A DNA stretch of 60,625 nucleotides from a virus (Duplodnaviria; Caudoviricetes): IMG/VR virus record IMGVR_UViG_3300048996_000177, positions 1 through 60,625 of that record; one strand, written 5' to 3'. Shown here piece by piece: positions 38,368-46,562 of the stretch (position 1 is its first letter; the number at the start of each line of letters is the position of its first letter). A program made the position numbers and the translations under genes. Under the pieces are notes generated by a model that was not told where the DNA came from, did no database searches, and was given only the letters and a program-made list of their open reading frames with translations.

Positions 38368-38802
38368 ATGTCGGACACCACCACTTGCACCCACGAACTC
38401 GGCGACTACGACGAAACCTGTCCGACATGTGTGGCGCTGGCGGCCACGATGAATGACGAAAGTGTCACCGAAATCGTCGTCACCACGTCGACCGGGCGGA
38501 AAAACTTCACCCACGGTGATTGCGTTCACGATCGCACCCCGGCCGGGCGTGCGTTGTGCCGGGCGGCCGGTGGCCCGGAGGCGTACGCCGTGATCCACGG
38601 TTCGCGCAACGATGGTCGGGTGGCCGCCATGCCGACCCACGCCCGGGTGTCTGCCAATGCGGCGGCCGTCCACCGGTTGGGCACCGAAACCAACGCGGGG
38701 TTCCCCGTGTGCGGCACGACCAAATTCAACCCGGACACGGCGATCATGGTTGACGGCCCGACCACATGCAAAAACTGCATCAAAACGGAAAACGCTGCCT
38801 GA
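38368..38802 (+). CDS. Cys/His-rich hypothetical protein with His/Cys module
   Basis: HGDCVHDRTPAGRALCR; terminal H...CG...TCKNC. Confidence 0.7.
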   Translation: MSDTTTCTHELGDYDETCPTCVALAATMNDESVTEIVVTTSTGRKNFTHGDCVHDRTPAGRALCRAAGGPEAYAVIHGSRNDGRVAAMPTHARVSANAAAVHRLGTETNAGFPVCGTTKFNPDTAIMVDGPTTCKNCIKTENAA

Positions 38803-38804
38803 CG

Positions 38805-38848
38805 GAAAACCAACCACCTGGCCGGTTCGCCGGTTGGGGGTTTTCCTT
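38805..38848 (+). terminator. Intrinsic terminator-like hairpin
   Basis: GGCCGG-TTCG-CCGGTT core, outer GGAAAACC/GGTTTTCC. Confidence 0.6.
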
Positions 38849-38961
38849 GATCCTAATATTTGCATGTGCAACTGGCGTTGTACGCCTCCGTACGGGGTTG
38901 CGCCTCAGAAATTGGTACCTAGGGTTGGCGCGGCTCCACACCTGCCGTATACGGTCGTTTC

Positions 38962-39468
38962 ATGGCCCAAATGATGAAACTCTTGGTCCCCCCGACGTGG
39001 GACGAATTGATGGATGACGACGTGTACCGGACGTACGTCCGCCGACGTCCCAGATTGCCCGTGAACGTCGATCGTGGCGAACCGTGGTTGGTGGTCGCCC
39101 GACGATTCCCGGATACGGACAGACCATTGTGGGGTCTGAAACGGTTCGATGATTACGCCGACGCGTACCGGTTCGTGCGGGAAAAGCTCCGTGGTGAATT
39201 GTTCGAGGATATGGCGATCGTGTCCCGACCGAAACTCTGGAAACCGCCGGTGGGGTTCCGGTGGAACCAATCCAAATTCGGTTGGTGTGGAAGGTGTCGT
39301 CGGCCGTCCGTGTTCACGCACGTCACCAAACACCATGCCTTACGCGGGGCTCCCGTGTTGGCGACGGAAGACGGCAATCGGTGTCATTATTGTGGGGCAC
39401 GGGAAATATTCGCCTCCCGGCAATTCCGCCCCCGGAAAGCACCCGTAAAAGCACCCGTAAAGGAATAA
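38962..39468 (+). CDS. Hypothetical zinc-finger protein
   Basis: WCGRCRRP...HHA...RCHYCG; TACGGT, 6 bp, ATG. Confidence 0.7.
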   Translation: MAQMMKLLVPPTWDELMDDDVYRTYVRRRPRLPVNVDRGEPWLVVARRFPDTDRPLWGLKRFDDYADAYRFVREKLRGELFEDMAIVSRPKLWKPPVGFRWNQSKFGWCGRCRRPSVFTHVTKHHALRGAPVLATEDGNRCHYCGAREIFASRQFRPRKAPVKAPVKE

Positions 39469-39472
39469 GCCG

Positions 39473-39712
39473 ATGACCCGTCATACCTTGGCCACGGACC
39501 TGAAAAACGCCATCGCGAAGGAAGATGAAGAATCCGCACAAATGACCGGTGACGGGAACCCGTTGTTCGGCCATATGCCGGAAACGGCTGCCGCGTTGCG
39601 GATATTCATCGAGTCGTGGCATGGTCATCTATTGGATGTAACAACCCGAAAAAATTGCCGGTGTCTCATGTGCGGGACCGGCCGAATGATGTTGGAGGAA
39701 TTTCATGGGTGA
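39473..39712 (+). CDS. Hypothetical protein
   Basis: AAGGA RBS; CRCLMC. Confidence 0.6.
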   Translation: MTRHTLATDLKNAIAKEDEESAQMTGDGNPLFGHMPETAAALRIFIESWHGHLLDVTTRKNCRCLMCGTGRMMLEEFHG

Positions 39713-40097
39713 CAAAAAGAACTGGGTTCGCGTGTCGGCACTGCGGGCGGCGTGCGCATCGGCTTACGATTCGGTGACGTACGCTGACATGCCATTCGAC
39801 GTGGAAGGTGTAGACGCACAACAGACGTCGCGGATCCTGGATCGGGCAGCCGTGTTCGCGGAATGGCTGGCGCGGGAATCGACCGACGACGACCCGGCCG
39901 ACGACCCGGACGGATTCGAGGGTTCATCGTATTACGCCGAACCGGGTGAACGTGTTCTGGTGTATGGGGATTTCTCCGGTGAGATCGGCATGCGAGTCCA
40001 CACCTGTTCCAATGACCGGTGTTCATGGGGTGTGACGGATTACACCGACGCTGCCAACGAGGCGTTCAGGGGACACACATGCGGTCATACGGGATGA
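39705..40097 (+). CDS. Hypothetical protein
   Basis: GGAGGA RBS. Confidence 0.65.
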   Translation: MGDKKNWVRVSALRAACASAYDSVTYADMPFDVEGVDAQQTSRILDRAAVFAEWLARESTDDDPADDPDGFEGSSYYAEPGERVLVYGDFSGEIGMRVHTCSNDRCSWGVTDYTDAANEAFRGHTCGHTG

Positions 40098-40276
40098 GTG
40101 ACGAGGCAGTTGGTGCGACGGCAGAAATGATGTCGGAGCAAATGACGATGTTGGAGGCGTTGCATGAGATTGCGATGTCGTCTCCGGACGCCGAAATGGT
40201 ACGGGTGGCTATGTCTGCGTTGACCCGTACGGAGGCGGGTGTTAATTACTTGCGATTGCACCCGCTGACACTATGA
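40094..40276 (+). CDS. Hypothetical protein
   Basis: ATGA overlaps at both ends. Confidence 0.55.
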   Translation: MSDEAVGATAEMMSEQMTMLEALHEIAMSSPDAEMVRVAMSALTRTEAGVNYLRLHPLTL

Positions 40277-40491
40277 CGCGAACCCCCAAATCTCGACGGC
40301 GGCCTAAATGTGTCCCCACGTGCGATCGACGGAAGTTTCATCGATCGCCGTTGGGGGACCAGGTTAAAGTTCGAGATCATCGAGTTGTGAACATTACGGC
40401 ACATTACTGTCCAATATGTAAGGCAAAATGGAGCCGTATTGCGACAACCATTCAAGATGACATTATAGTCGAATGGCAAAAGGTTGCATGA
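40273..40491 (+). CDS. Small zinc-ribbon protein
   Basis: CVPTC...CPIC. Confidence 0.5.
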   Translation: MTRTPKSRRRPKCVPTCDRRKFHRSPLGDQVKVRDHRVVNITAHYCPICKAKWSRIATTIQDDIIVEWQKVA

Positions 40492-41997
40492 ATGAAATAC
40501 CGGTGGAAGACAAAACCGTATAAGCATCAGGTGCGCGCCGTTCGAACCTTGTTACGAAATGGGTTCGGCGGCGCGTTGTTGATGGAGCCTCGAACGGGCA
40601 AGACGAAAACGGCTATTGATTGGATGTCCATTCTGGCGCAACAAGGAAAGATTGATCGTGCGGTCGTCATGTGCCCTGCACGGGTCGTGGACGTGTGGGT
40701 GGATGAATTCCACCGGCATTCCCCGTTGAACGTCCACACGCACGTCTGGGACGCCAAAGCACGTAAATCCGCACCACTCCCTCGGGTGTCATCGGCGTAT
40801 GACCTCACGGTGATTATCGTGAACTACAACGCGTTTGCCACACCGGGCAAGCGGTTGACATCTGGCCGACGATCCAAAGCCAATGGGCGATTCAAGTTCC
40901 GGGCGGAAATCAACAAGTGGTTGAAAACTGGGAAAACCGGCGCGGCATGCGCGTTGGATGAAAGCCACAAGATCAAGAGTCCATCGGGTAAAGCGGCCAA
41001 CATGGTGGTGTCCATGGGAAAGATGTTCCCGTATCGCCTGTTAATGACCGGTACACCGGTGACAAAAGCCAAACGGATTCATGATCTGTACATGCAGTGG
41101 AAATTCTTGAACCCGACGCGGTTGGACAATCTGGGGTTGCACACGGTCGAGGACGTCAAGAATTTCACCGGGGTGTGGACAGACCGTAACGGATACAAAC
41201 AATGGCTCCGTGGACGTGATGAAAACCTGGGGAAGCTGACCCGGGCCATTCACCAGGATTCTTTCGCTGTCCGTAGATCAGAATGTTTCGATCTCCCCCC
41301 ACGGGACCTTCAACATATCTGGGTGGATTTGTCTCCAAAAACCGCACGGTTGTACGACAAGATCGCCACCGAAATGGTAGCGGAAATCGAGCATGCCAAG
41401 CGAACCCATACAGTCGAAGCGTCCATCAAATTGGTACAGGGATTGCGATTACGGCAGATCACCGGCGGCGTGGCAACCACCGATGAGGGTAAGCTCATCC
41501 GTGTCGGACGTGAGAAGTTAATCGCGTTGGAGGAGTTGCTGGACGAGATTATTGAGCATGATGAGAAAGTAGTCATCGCCGCACATTTCAAAGCTGATTT
41601 GAATAGCATTGCCAAATTGACCCGTAAGTTAAAGATGCCCACGTTTGAATTGCGCGGAGGCATCAAACGGGAAGAAGCGACGATGAACATCAAGCGGTTC
41701 AAGAATTTGGATGGGGCTGGGGCATTCGTCATGCAACCCCAGGCTGGTGCGTTGGGTATTGACCTGTCAACGTCCAGCCGGATTATTTGGTACAGCGTGA
41801 CGCCGTCGTGGGTGGACTGGACACAATGCAACGACAGGATTGCACTGTCCAAAGTGTCCACCACCGAGACGTACATCATGGCGCGCGGGACGATTGACAA
41901 GATTCAATACGACGCATTGCAAGACGACACTGATGTTGCGAAAATGATTACCGATCGGCCGGAACGAATTCTTCGCCGGACTCGAAAATTGCCTTAA
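40492..41997 (+). CDS. SNF2-family (superfamily 2) helicase
   Basis: PYKHQ, MEPRTGKT, DESH, MTGTP, LGIDL and QCNDRI motifs. Confidence 0.9.
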   Translation: MKYRWKTKPYKHQVRAVRTLLRNGFGGALLMEPRTGKTKTAIDWMSILAQQGKIDRAVVMCPARVVDVWVDEFHRHSPLNVHTHVWDAKARKSAPLPRVSSAYDLTVIIVNYNAFATPGKRLTSGRRSKANGRFKFRAEINKWLKTGKTGAACALDESHKIKSPSGKAANMVVSMGKMFPYRLLMTGTPVTKAKRIHDLYMQWKFLNPTRLDNLGLHTVEDVKNFTGVWTDRNGYKQWLRGRDENLGKLTRAIHQDSFAVRRSECFDLPPRDLQHIWVDLSPKTARLYDKIATEMVAEIEHAKRTHTVEASIKLVQGLRLRQITGGVATTDEGKLIRVGREKLIALEELLDEIIEHDEKVVIAAHFKADLNSIAKLTRKLKMPTFELRGGIKREEATMNIKRFKNLDGAGAFVMQPQAGALGIDLSTSSRIIWYSVTPSWVDWTQCNDRIALSKVSTTETYIMARGTIDKIQYDALQDDTDVAKMITDRPERILRRTRKLP

Positions 41998-42018
41998 TAA
42001 AACACCCATTGGTATGAT
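41989..42018 (+). promoter_or_regulatory. Promoter for the nucleotide-metabolism / polymerase cluster
   Basis: TTGCCT, 18 bp, TATGAT with an extended TG. Confidence 0.6.
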
Positions 42019-42032
42019 ACAAATTGATACGA

Positions 42033-42617
42033 ATGGAGGCGATTAAAATCATCATAGTTGAGGGACCGGATGGTGCAGGGAAAACAACCCTGATCAATAA
42101 AATGGTGCATACGCTCAACCTTCCGGTCCACGCACGGTCGGCCAATTCGGACGGGTCGGCCACCCAATCCACAGAAGGCAGTCGGGGGGCAAATTTATCG
42201 TTATGGGCGTACAACGACGTGACGACACAACTGAATCAGCCCACATCCATTTACGATCGGCATTGTCTGATCTCGGAGTTCGTTTATGGTCCAATTCTCC
42301 GGGCTCATGTGCCCGTCGAAATGACTGGACCGGCAACGAGGTTATTGATCCAGATGTTGGCGAAACAGGTGTTGGTGGTGTATTGCCGTCCCCCGAATGA
42401 AAACCTCGTCATCAACTGCCGGAAAACACCCCAGCCCATTCCACACCTGAATGACCAGAACAATGTGTTGAAGGTGGCCGCCGGTTATGACGCGTGGCGG
42501 GTGAATTGGATGGGTCAGTCCACAATGTTCGATTACACCAACCCGAACGACTTCGCGTCGGTCATGTCCGCGTGCCGCCTGCACATCGCCCATTTCGAGA
42601 ACATGAGGAAATCATGA
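42033..42617 (+). CDS. P-loop deoxynucleoside monophosphate kinase (thymidylate kinase-like)
   Basis: IIVEGPDGAGKTT; IYDRH..SE.VYG. Confidence 0.82.
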   Translation: MEAIKIIIVEGPDGAGKTTLINKMVHTLNLPVHARSANSDGSATQSTEGSRGANLSLWAYNDVTTQLNQPTSIYDRHCLISEFVYGPILRAHVPVEMTGPATRLLIQMLAKQVLVVYCRPPNENLVINCRKTPQPIPHLNDQNNVLKVAAGYDAWRVNWMGQSTMFDYTNPNDFASVMSACRLHIAHFENMRKS

Positions 42618-43141
42618 CGGTAGTTAGTTGCCCCAGTAATTGCAAGGTGTCGGCCCAGCATTTTCACAAGGATGGGAAAACTGTGTGGGGCAACCCACCA
42701 TATGAAGAATCCACCCTGGCGCGCGTGCAGCGGGAATCGGGGGAGTGGCGACAGATCGCATATCCGACCACGGCCACCCCGGAATTGCAAGCGTTGGGTA
42801 TGGCGGAAGAAGTGGGGGAGGTGTGTCACGCGGTGTTGAAAAACATCCAGCAAATTCGGGGGTACAACGGGGAAAAGACCATCGCGGAAGTGGGTGACGG
42901 GCTGGCCGACACAATCATCTACGCGTGTGGGGTGGCTACGGCATTCGGTATCGACCTGGACGCCGAATTGGCGCGGGTGTGGAACCACGTCCGGGATCGC
43001 AACATCACGCAAGGATCCATGGGCAGTGGCAATACCAAATGCCCCCGGTGTGAATCCCCGGAGTCGAAGTTGCATCCAGCGGTTCAATTCGAGGGTGAAG
43101 TTCAGCCGTGTCCCCACGAGTTTCACAAGTCCGCCGAATGA
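42614..43141 (+). CDS. MazG-like nucleotide pyrophosphohydrolase
   Basis: LGMAEEVGEV...DGLADTIIY. Confidence 0.82.
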   Translation: MTVVSCPSNCKVSAQHFHKDGKTVWGNPPYEESTLARVQRESGEWRQIAYPTTATPELQALGMAEEVGEVCHAVLKNIQQIRGYNGEKTIAEVGDGLADTIIYACGVATAFGIDLDAELARVWNHVRDRNITQGSMGSGNTKCPRCESPESKLHPAVQFEGEVQPCPHEFHKSAE

Positions 43142-44079
43142 TCAACGCGCTGGGATTTGCCACGGCCAATGACGCACATGAAGGCATGTGCAACAAGCTG
43201 ATGTTTGGCGAGAAATGGGGACGAGATTACGACTGGTCGCAAGGGACCGAAGTCGGATTGCACAATGTCGTCATCGGTGCGGATCGGTTCGACTGGGAAT
43301 ACGATCTGAAACGGCTGTGGATGGCCAAGTCCCGGTGGAACATGATGGTGCGGCAATACCTGGACCCGGATGCGGTTGAGGATTGGTTTGCGAAGATCGA
43401 GGATCGATTGGTGGGTAAAGGACGTGGGATTGCTGTTCTACGCACCAAATTGGTGCAAGGCAAAGGAACCGGGCGCGGTGTGCGTCGCCGGTGGGGATCG
43501 TGCATGCTCTCCATGTCATATCGCACCAATCCCATTCCGACCATCACCCTTCATTCGAGGACCACGTATTTCGGGTATCTCGCGGCTATGGACATCACGG
43601 TTGCCCACGTCCTTGCTCGATACATTTCTACGATTGTCGGTATCGATCCGGCGGAAATGAATTTCGTCTGGAATCTGGAACTGGCGCAATTCCACGGGTT
43701 CCGGTCATTGGCGTGGCCGTTGGGTAACCCGGATATCCGTGAACAGATGGACGACGATGTCCACACCCACAAGACGTTTCCAGCTAAACCGCCAAAGGGC
43801 CAACTCCATCTCCCGGTTGCCGGTGGTTACCGAAAGGCGTTGGATGGATATGCACGCCTGATGAAATCGGACCTGGAAAACAAGCTGTATGGGGACGAGT
43901 CATTCTCATCATTCGCGCGGGTACGCCGCCGGTATCACGCTGAAGTTCATGGACCGGAATTCGCCGCACAATTTGAAGGTGGTACGCGTAACAAAGGGGG
44001 ACACAACATGTTCACCCCACTTCCACACCTCCATTCGTCCACATTGGACTTGACACCCATCGGATTTGAGGAATTATAG
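43138..44079 (+). CDS. Highly divergent thymidylate-synthase-fold protein (Asp-type)
   Basis: WGSCMLSMSY...TLHSRTTYFGYLAAMD...FVWNLELAQFH lines up by eye with the TS core PC...QRSxDxxxGxPxN...HIY. Confidence 0.55.
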   Translation: MINALGFATANDAHEGMCNKLMFGEKWGRDYDWSQGTEVGLHNVVIGADRFDWEYDLKRLWMAKSRWNMMVRQYLDPDAVEDWFAKIEDRLVGKGRGIAVLRTKLVQGKGTGRGVRRRWGSCMLSMSYRTNPIPTITLHSRTTYFGYLAAMDITVAHVLARYISTIVGIDPAEMNFVWNLELAQFHGFRSLAWPLGNPDIREQMDDDVHTHKTFPAKPPKGQLHLPVAGGYRKALDGYARLMKSDLENKLYGDESFSSFARVRRRYHAEVHGPEFAAQFEGGTRNKGGHNMFTPLPHLHSSTLDLTPIGFEEL

Positions 44080-44472
44080 ATGTCCAACGAATTGACCGAA
44101 GCCGAAGTTGGTAGAACGCTGCGTTTCGTCCAGCGCGGGATGACCAACGAAGAAATCGGCTTCCAGTTACACATCGGTACCACGGCAGTAAAAAACCGGC
44201 TGTCCAAGTTGATGGCCCGGTATGGGTGCCGCAATCGTACCGAACTGGTTCAAGCCGCGATGTCCCGTGGTTTGTTGTCGGACCCGACCATTACGGTGAA
44301 CACCGGTCGGCACAGCAACGGCCAGTATTTTGTCGTCGTGATCACGCCCGGCCGGGAAGACACCGTGGCCAGTTGGTGTTCCAAGGCCGATGCCGACATG
44401 TTGGCATGTGCATTGCGGGGATACCTCAATGCGTCCACCATCACCGATTGGCGGAAGGCACGGGGAAACTGA
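44080..44472 (+). CDS. LuxR/NarL-type HTH protein
   Basis: LTEAE...GMTNEEIGFQLHIGTTAVKNRLSKLMARYGCRNRTELV. Confidence 0.85.
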   Translation: MSNELTEAEVGRTLRFVQRGMTNEEIGFQLHIGTTAVKNRLSKLMARYGCRNRTELVQAAMSRGLLSDPTITVNTGRHSNGQYFVVVITPGREDTVASWCSKADADMLACALRGYLNASTITDWRKARGN

Positions 44473-44473
44473 A

Positions 44474-45409
44474 ATGTTCGCATTTTTCGGGGCCAACACT
44501 ATCATGGAACTGGAACCTAACGTCGGTGATTGGACCGAGCACATTGACCGACTGCGGAAAGCGTTGCGGGATGCGCCGCTGGTCGAACGCGGACGGGTAC
44601 ACGCACAGGATGTATCCAGCGACCCCTCATTTGGCACGTATGAGCTTGCCAACATCGTCGTGACATATCCGGTGCCGACATACGTTCGATCGTTACAGGC
44701 GCATATGAGCCCCAATTTGCCATGGGCCGAAGACCACTTTGCCGAACGGGTGGGTGGGGAGCCGTTGAACCCCGCACCCAGTGAAGCGTGGTGGCCGTAC
44801 AAAAAAGATGGCAATGCGGCGCACAAGGACGGCGAGAAATTCAGCCACACGTACCCGGAACGCATGTGGCCGACGACGGCTAACACCGGGTGGATGTGGG
44901 ATAACGACAATGGTTCCACGCCTGTCATGGAATTGGAATCCAGCGGTCAGGGATGGGTGTGGAAAGGAACAGACACCGTCGTTGATTTCCAGGCGGTGGG
45001 GTACAAGCGGGCCCGACGACACGGTATTCGATACGACTATGGTGATTTGAATGCAGTGGTTGATCTCCTATCCCGCGACATTCATACTCGTCAGGCGTAT
45101 CTACCCATTTGGTTCCCAGAAGATACAGGCGCAATTGAAGGTCAGCGTGTCCCATGTAGTTTGGGATACCACTTCATCAAACGTGGGAATCAGATTGATT
45201 GTCAATACTTCATGCGGTCATGCGACTTTTTCCGACATTACGTTGACGACGCATATATGGCTGCACGGCTCCTGCAATGGGTGGTACGCCACACCCGCGA
45301 GTCCAATCCACAACTGGTAAGGGATGGATTGTCAACGGGTAATCTGACGATGTTCATTTCCAACCTCCACGCTTTTGTCGGCGATGAATATCTGTTGAAC
45401 GGAGAATGA
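44474..45409 (+). CDS. Thymidylate synthase homolog, dCMP hydroxymethylase/methylase-like
   Basis: TRQA, catalytic PC, MRSCDFFRHYVDD (Asp at the E. coli ThyA Asn177 position), ISNLHAF. Confidence 0.8.
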   Translation: MFAFFGANTIMELEPNVGDWTEHIDRLRKALRDAPLVERGRVHAQDVSSDPSFGTYELANIVVTYPVPTYVRSLQAHMSPNLPWAEDHFAERVGGEPLNPAPSEAWWPYKKDGNAAHKDGEKFSHTYPERMWPTTANTGWMWDNDNGSTPVMELESSGQGWVWKGTDTVVDFQAVGYKRARRHGIRYDYGDLNAVVDLLSRDIHTRQAYLPIWFPEDTGAIEGQRVPCSLGYHFIKRGNQIDCQYFMRSCDFFRHYVDDAYMAARLLQWVVRHTRESNPQLVRDGLSTGNLTMFISNLHAFVGDEYLLNGE

Positions 45410-45675
45410 TGGATACTGAATCCGATCGGGAAGCTGAGGCGGAATTCCGTCCACACCTGACGAAGTATTTAGCGGCCACTGGACAGCTTCGGGACAACCA
45501 CTTGTTGATGCACTACGGTGTTCTTCACGTCGCCGTAGCGATGGATGCAGATGCCGAACACACCGTTGGATTTATCCCTGATTCCGACTGGCCATACGCA
45601 TATCAATTGGGAGCGTTACAATACGCGCTTACGGTCCACAAGGGACAGATCGTTCGAGATGGTGATGAACTTTGA
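45406..45675 (+). CDS. Hypothetical protein
   Basis: Overlap-coupled ORF inside the cluster. Confidence 0.6.
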   Translation: MMDTESDREAEAEFRPHLTKYLAATGQLRDNHLLMHYGVLHVAVAMDADAEHTVGFIPDSDWPYAYQLGALQYALTVHKGQIVRDGDEL

Positions 45676-46094
45676 CCAGAACCAGTCGGGACCAGATGTT
45701 GATGGATATGGCGTTCATCGTGGCCGCGCGTGGTACATGTTCGCGGTTGCAGGTGGGCGCTGTGGTGTCCATGGACGGCCGTGTGTTGTCATCGGGGTAC
45801 AACGGCGCACCGGCGGGTTTCGACCACTGTATGCACAGTCCAGCCCAAGATATGCCGTGCACGCAAGCGGTTCACGCAGAAGCCAATGCGATCGTGTTCG
45901 CCGCACGGCACGGTGTGGCAACCGGCGAAGCTATTCTCCACACCACACATCTGCCGTGTCCCGCATGCGCCCGGTTAATCATCAATGCGGGGATCCGCGT
46001 GGTGACATGGCAAGAACCATTTCGGAATGATTTTGGACTGGAACTATTAGAACGTGGAGGAGTTGAGTGGTATCAGCACCCCAGAACCGGATAA
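45672..46094 (+). CDS. dCMP deaminase
   Basis: GYNG, HAEANA and PCPAC zinc motifs. Confidence 0.9.
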   Translation: MTRTSRDQMLMDMAFIVAARGTCSRLQVGAVVSMDGRVLSSGYNGAPAGFDHCMHSPAQDMPCTQAVHAEANAIVFAARHGVATGEAILHTTHLPCPACARLIINAGIRVVTWQEPFRNDFGLELLERGGVEWYQHPRTG

Positions 46095-46559
46095 ACACAT
46101 AGATTGTGACATGTGTTTGCAAGAACCCGCGACAGTTGGTGATCGTTGTCAGCCGTGTCACGATTACGTTGAATGGTGGGATTCATTGACCCCCGATCAG
46201 AAACGGGCCGAGGATCACATGATCGCAGAACACGTGCAACGAGATATTGAGGGAAGGCAATAATGACCATAGCATATGTCCTCATAGGTTTATCGGTCGT
46301 CATCGGTTGTGTTGCGGGCGGAATCATGGGCCGTTTTCTTTTCAGGCGGAACCGATGACCGAGACGATGGTCAGGACAATCGTTAGCGGTGTTATTTTCT
46401 TGGCCATAATCGCGGCGATTGTAACCGTGATTTATTTCATTTCGAGGAATTGATGACCGAAACGGTGGTTCGTGAATTTCTGTTCGGATTGGGCGGAATT
46501 GCTATTGGTGTGATTCTCGGCTGCGTCATCTTGTGGGTTTGTTTCGGAAGGAAATGATA
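46066..46559 (+). other. Cluster of very small ORFs (one Cys-rich, several single-TM peptides)
   Basis: ORF ending at 46263 (CDMC...CQPC) followed by short hydrophobic ORFs; boundaries uncertain. Confidence 0.4.
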
Positions 46560-46562
46560 AAT

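Noticed and set aside
44474-45409. Ordinary ThyA annotation
   Set aside because: It has Asp instead of the dUMP-specifying Asn, lacks the G-x-P-F-N motif, and a complete ThyX is present.
42033-46094. 7-deazaguanine, 2-aminoadenine or glycosylated-hmC pathways
   Set aside because: No FolE/QueC/QueD/DpdA, PurZ or glycosyltransferase motifs were recognised in any ORF.
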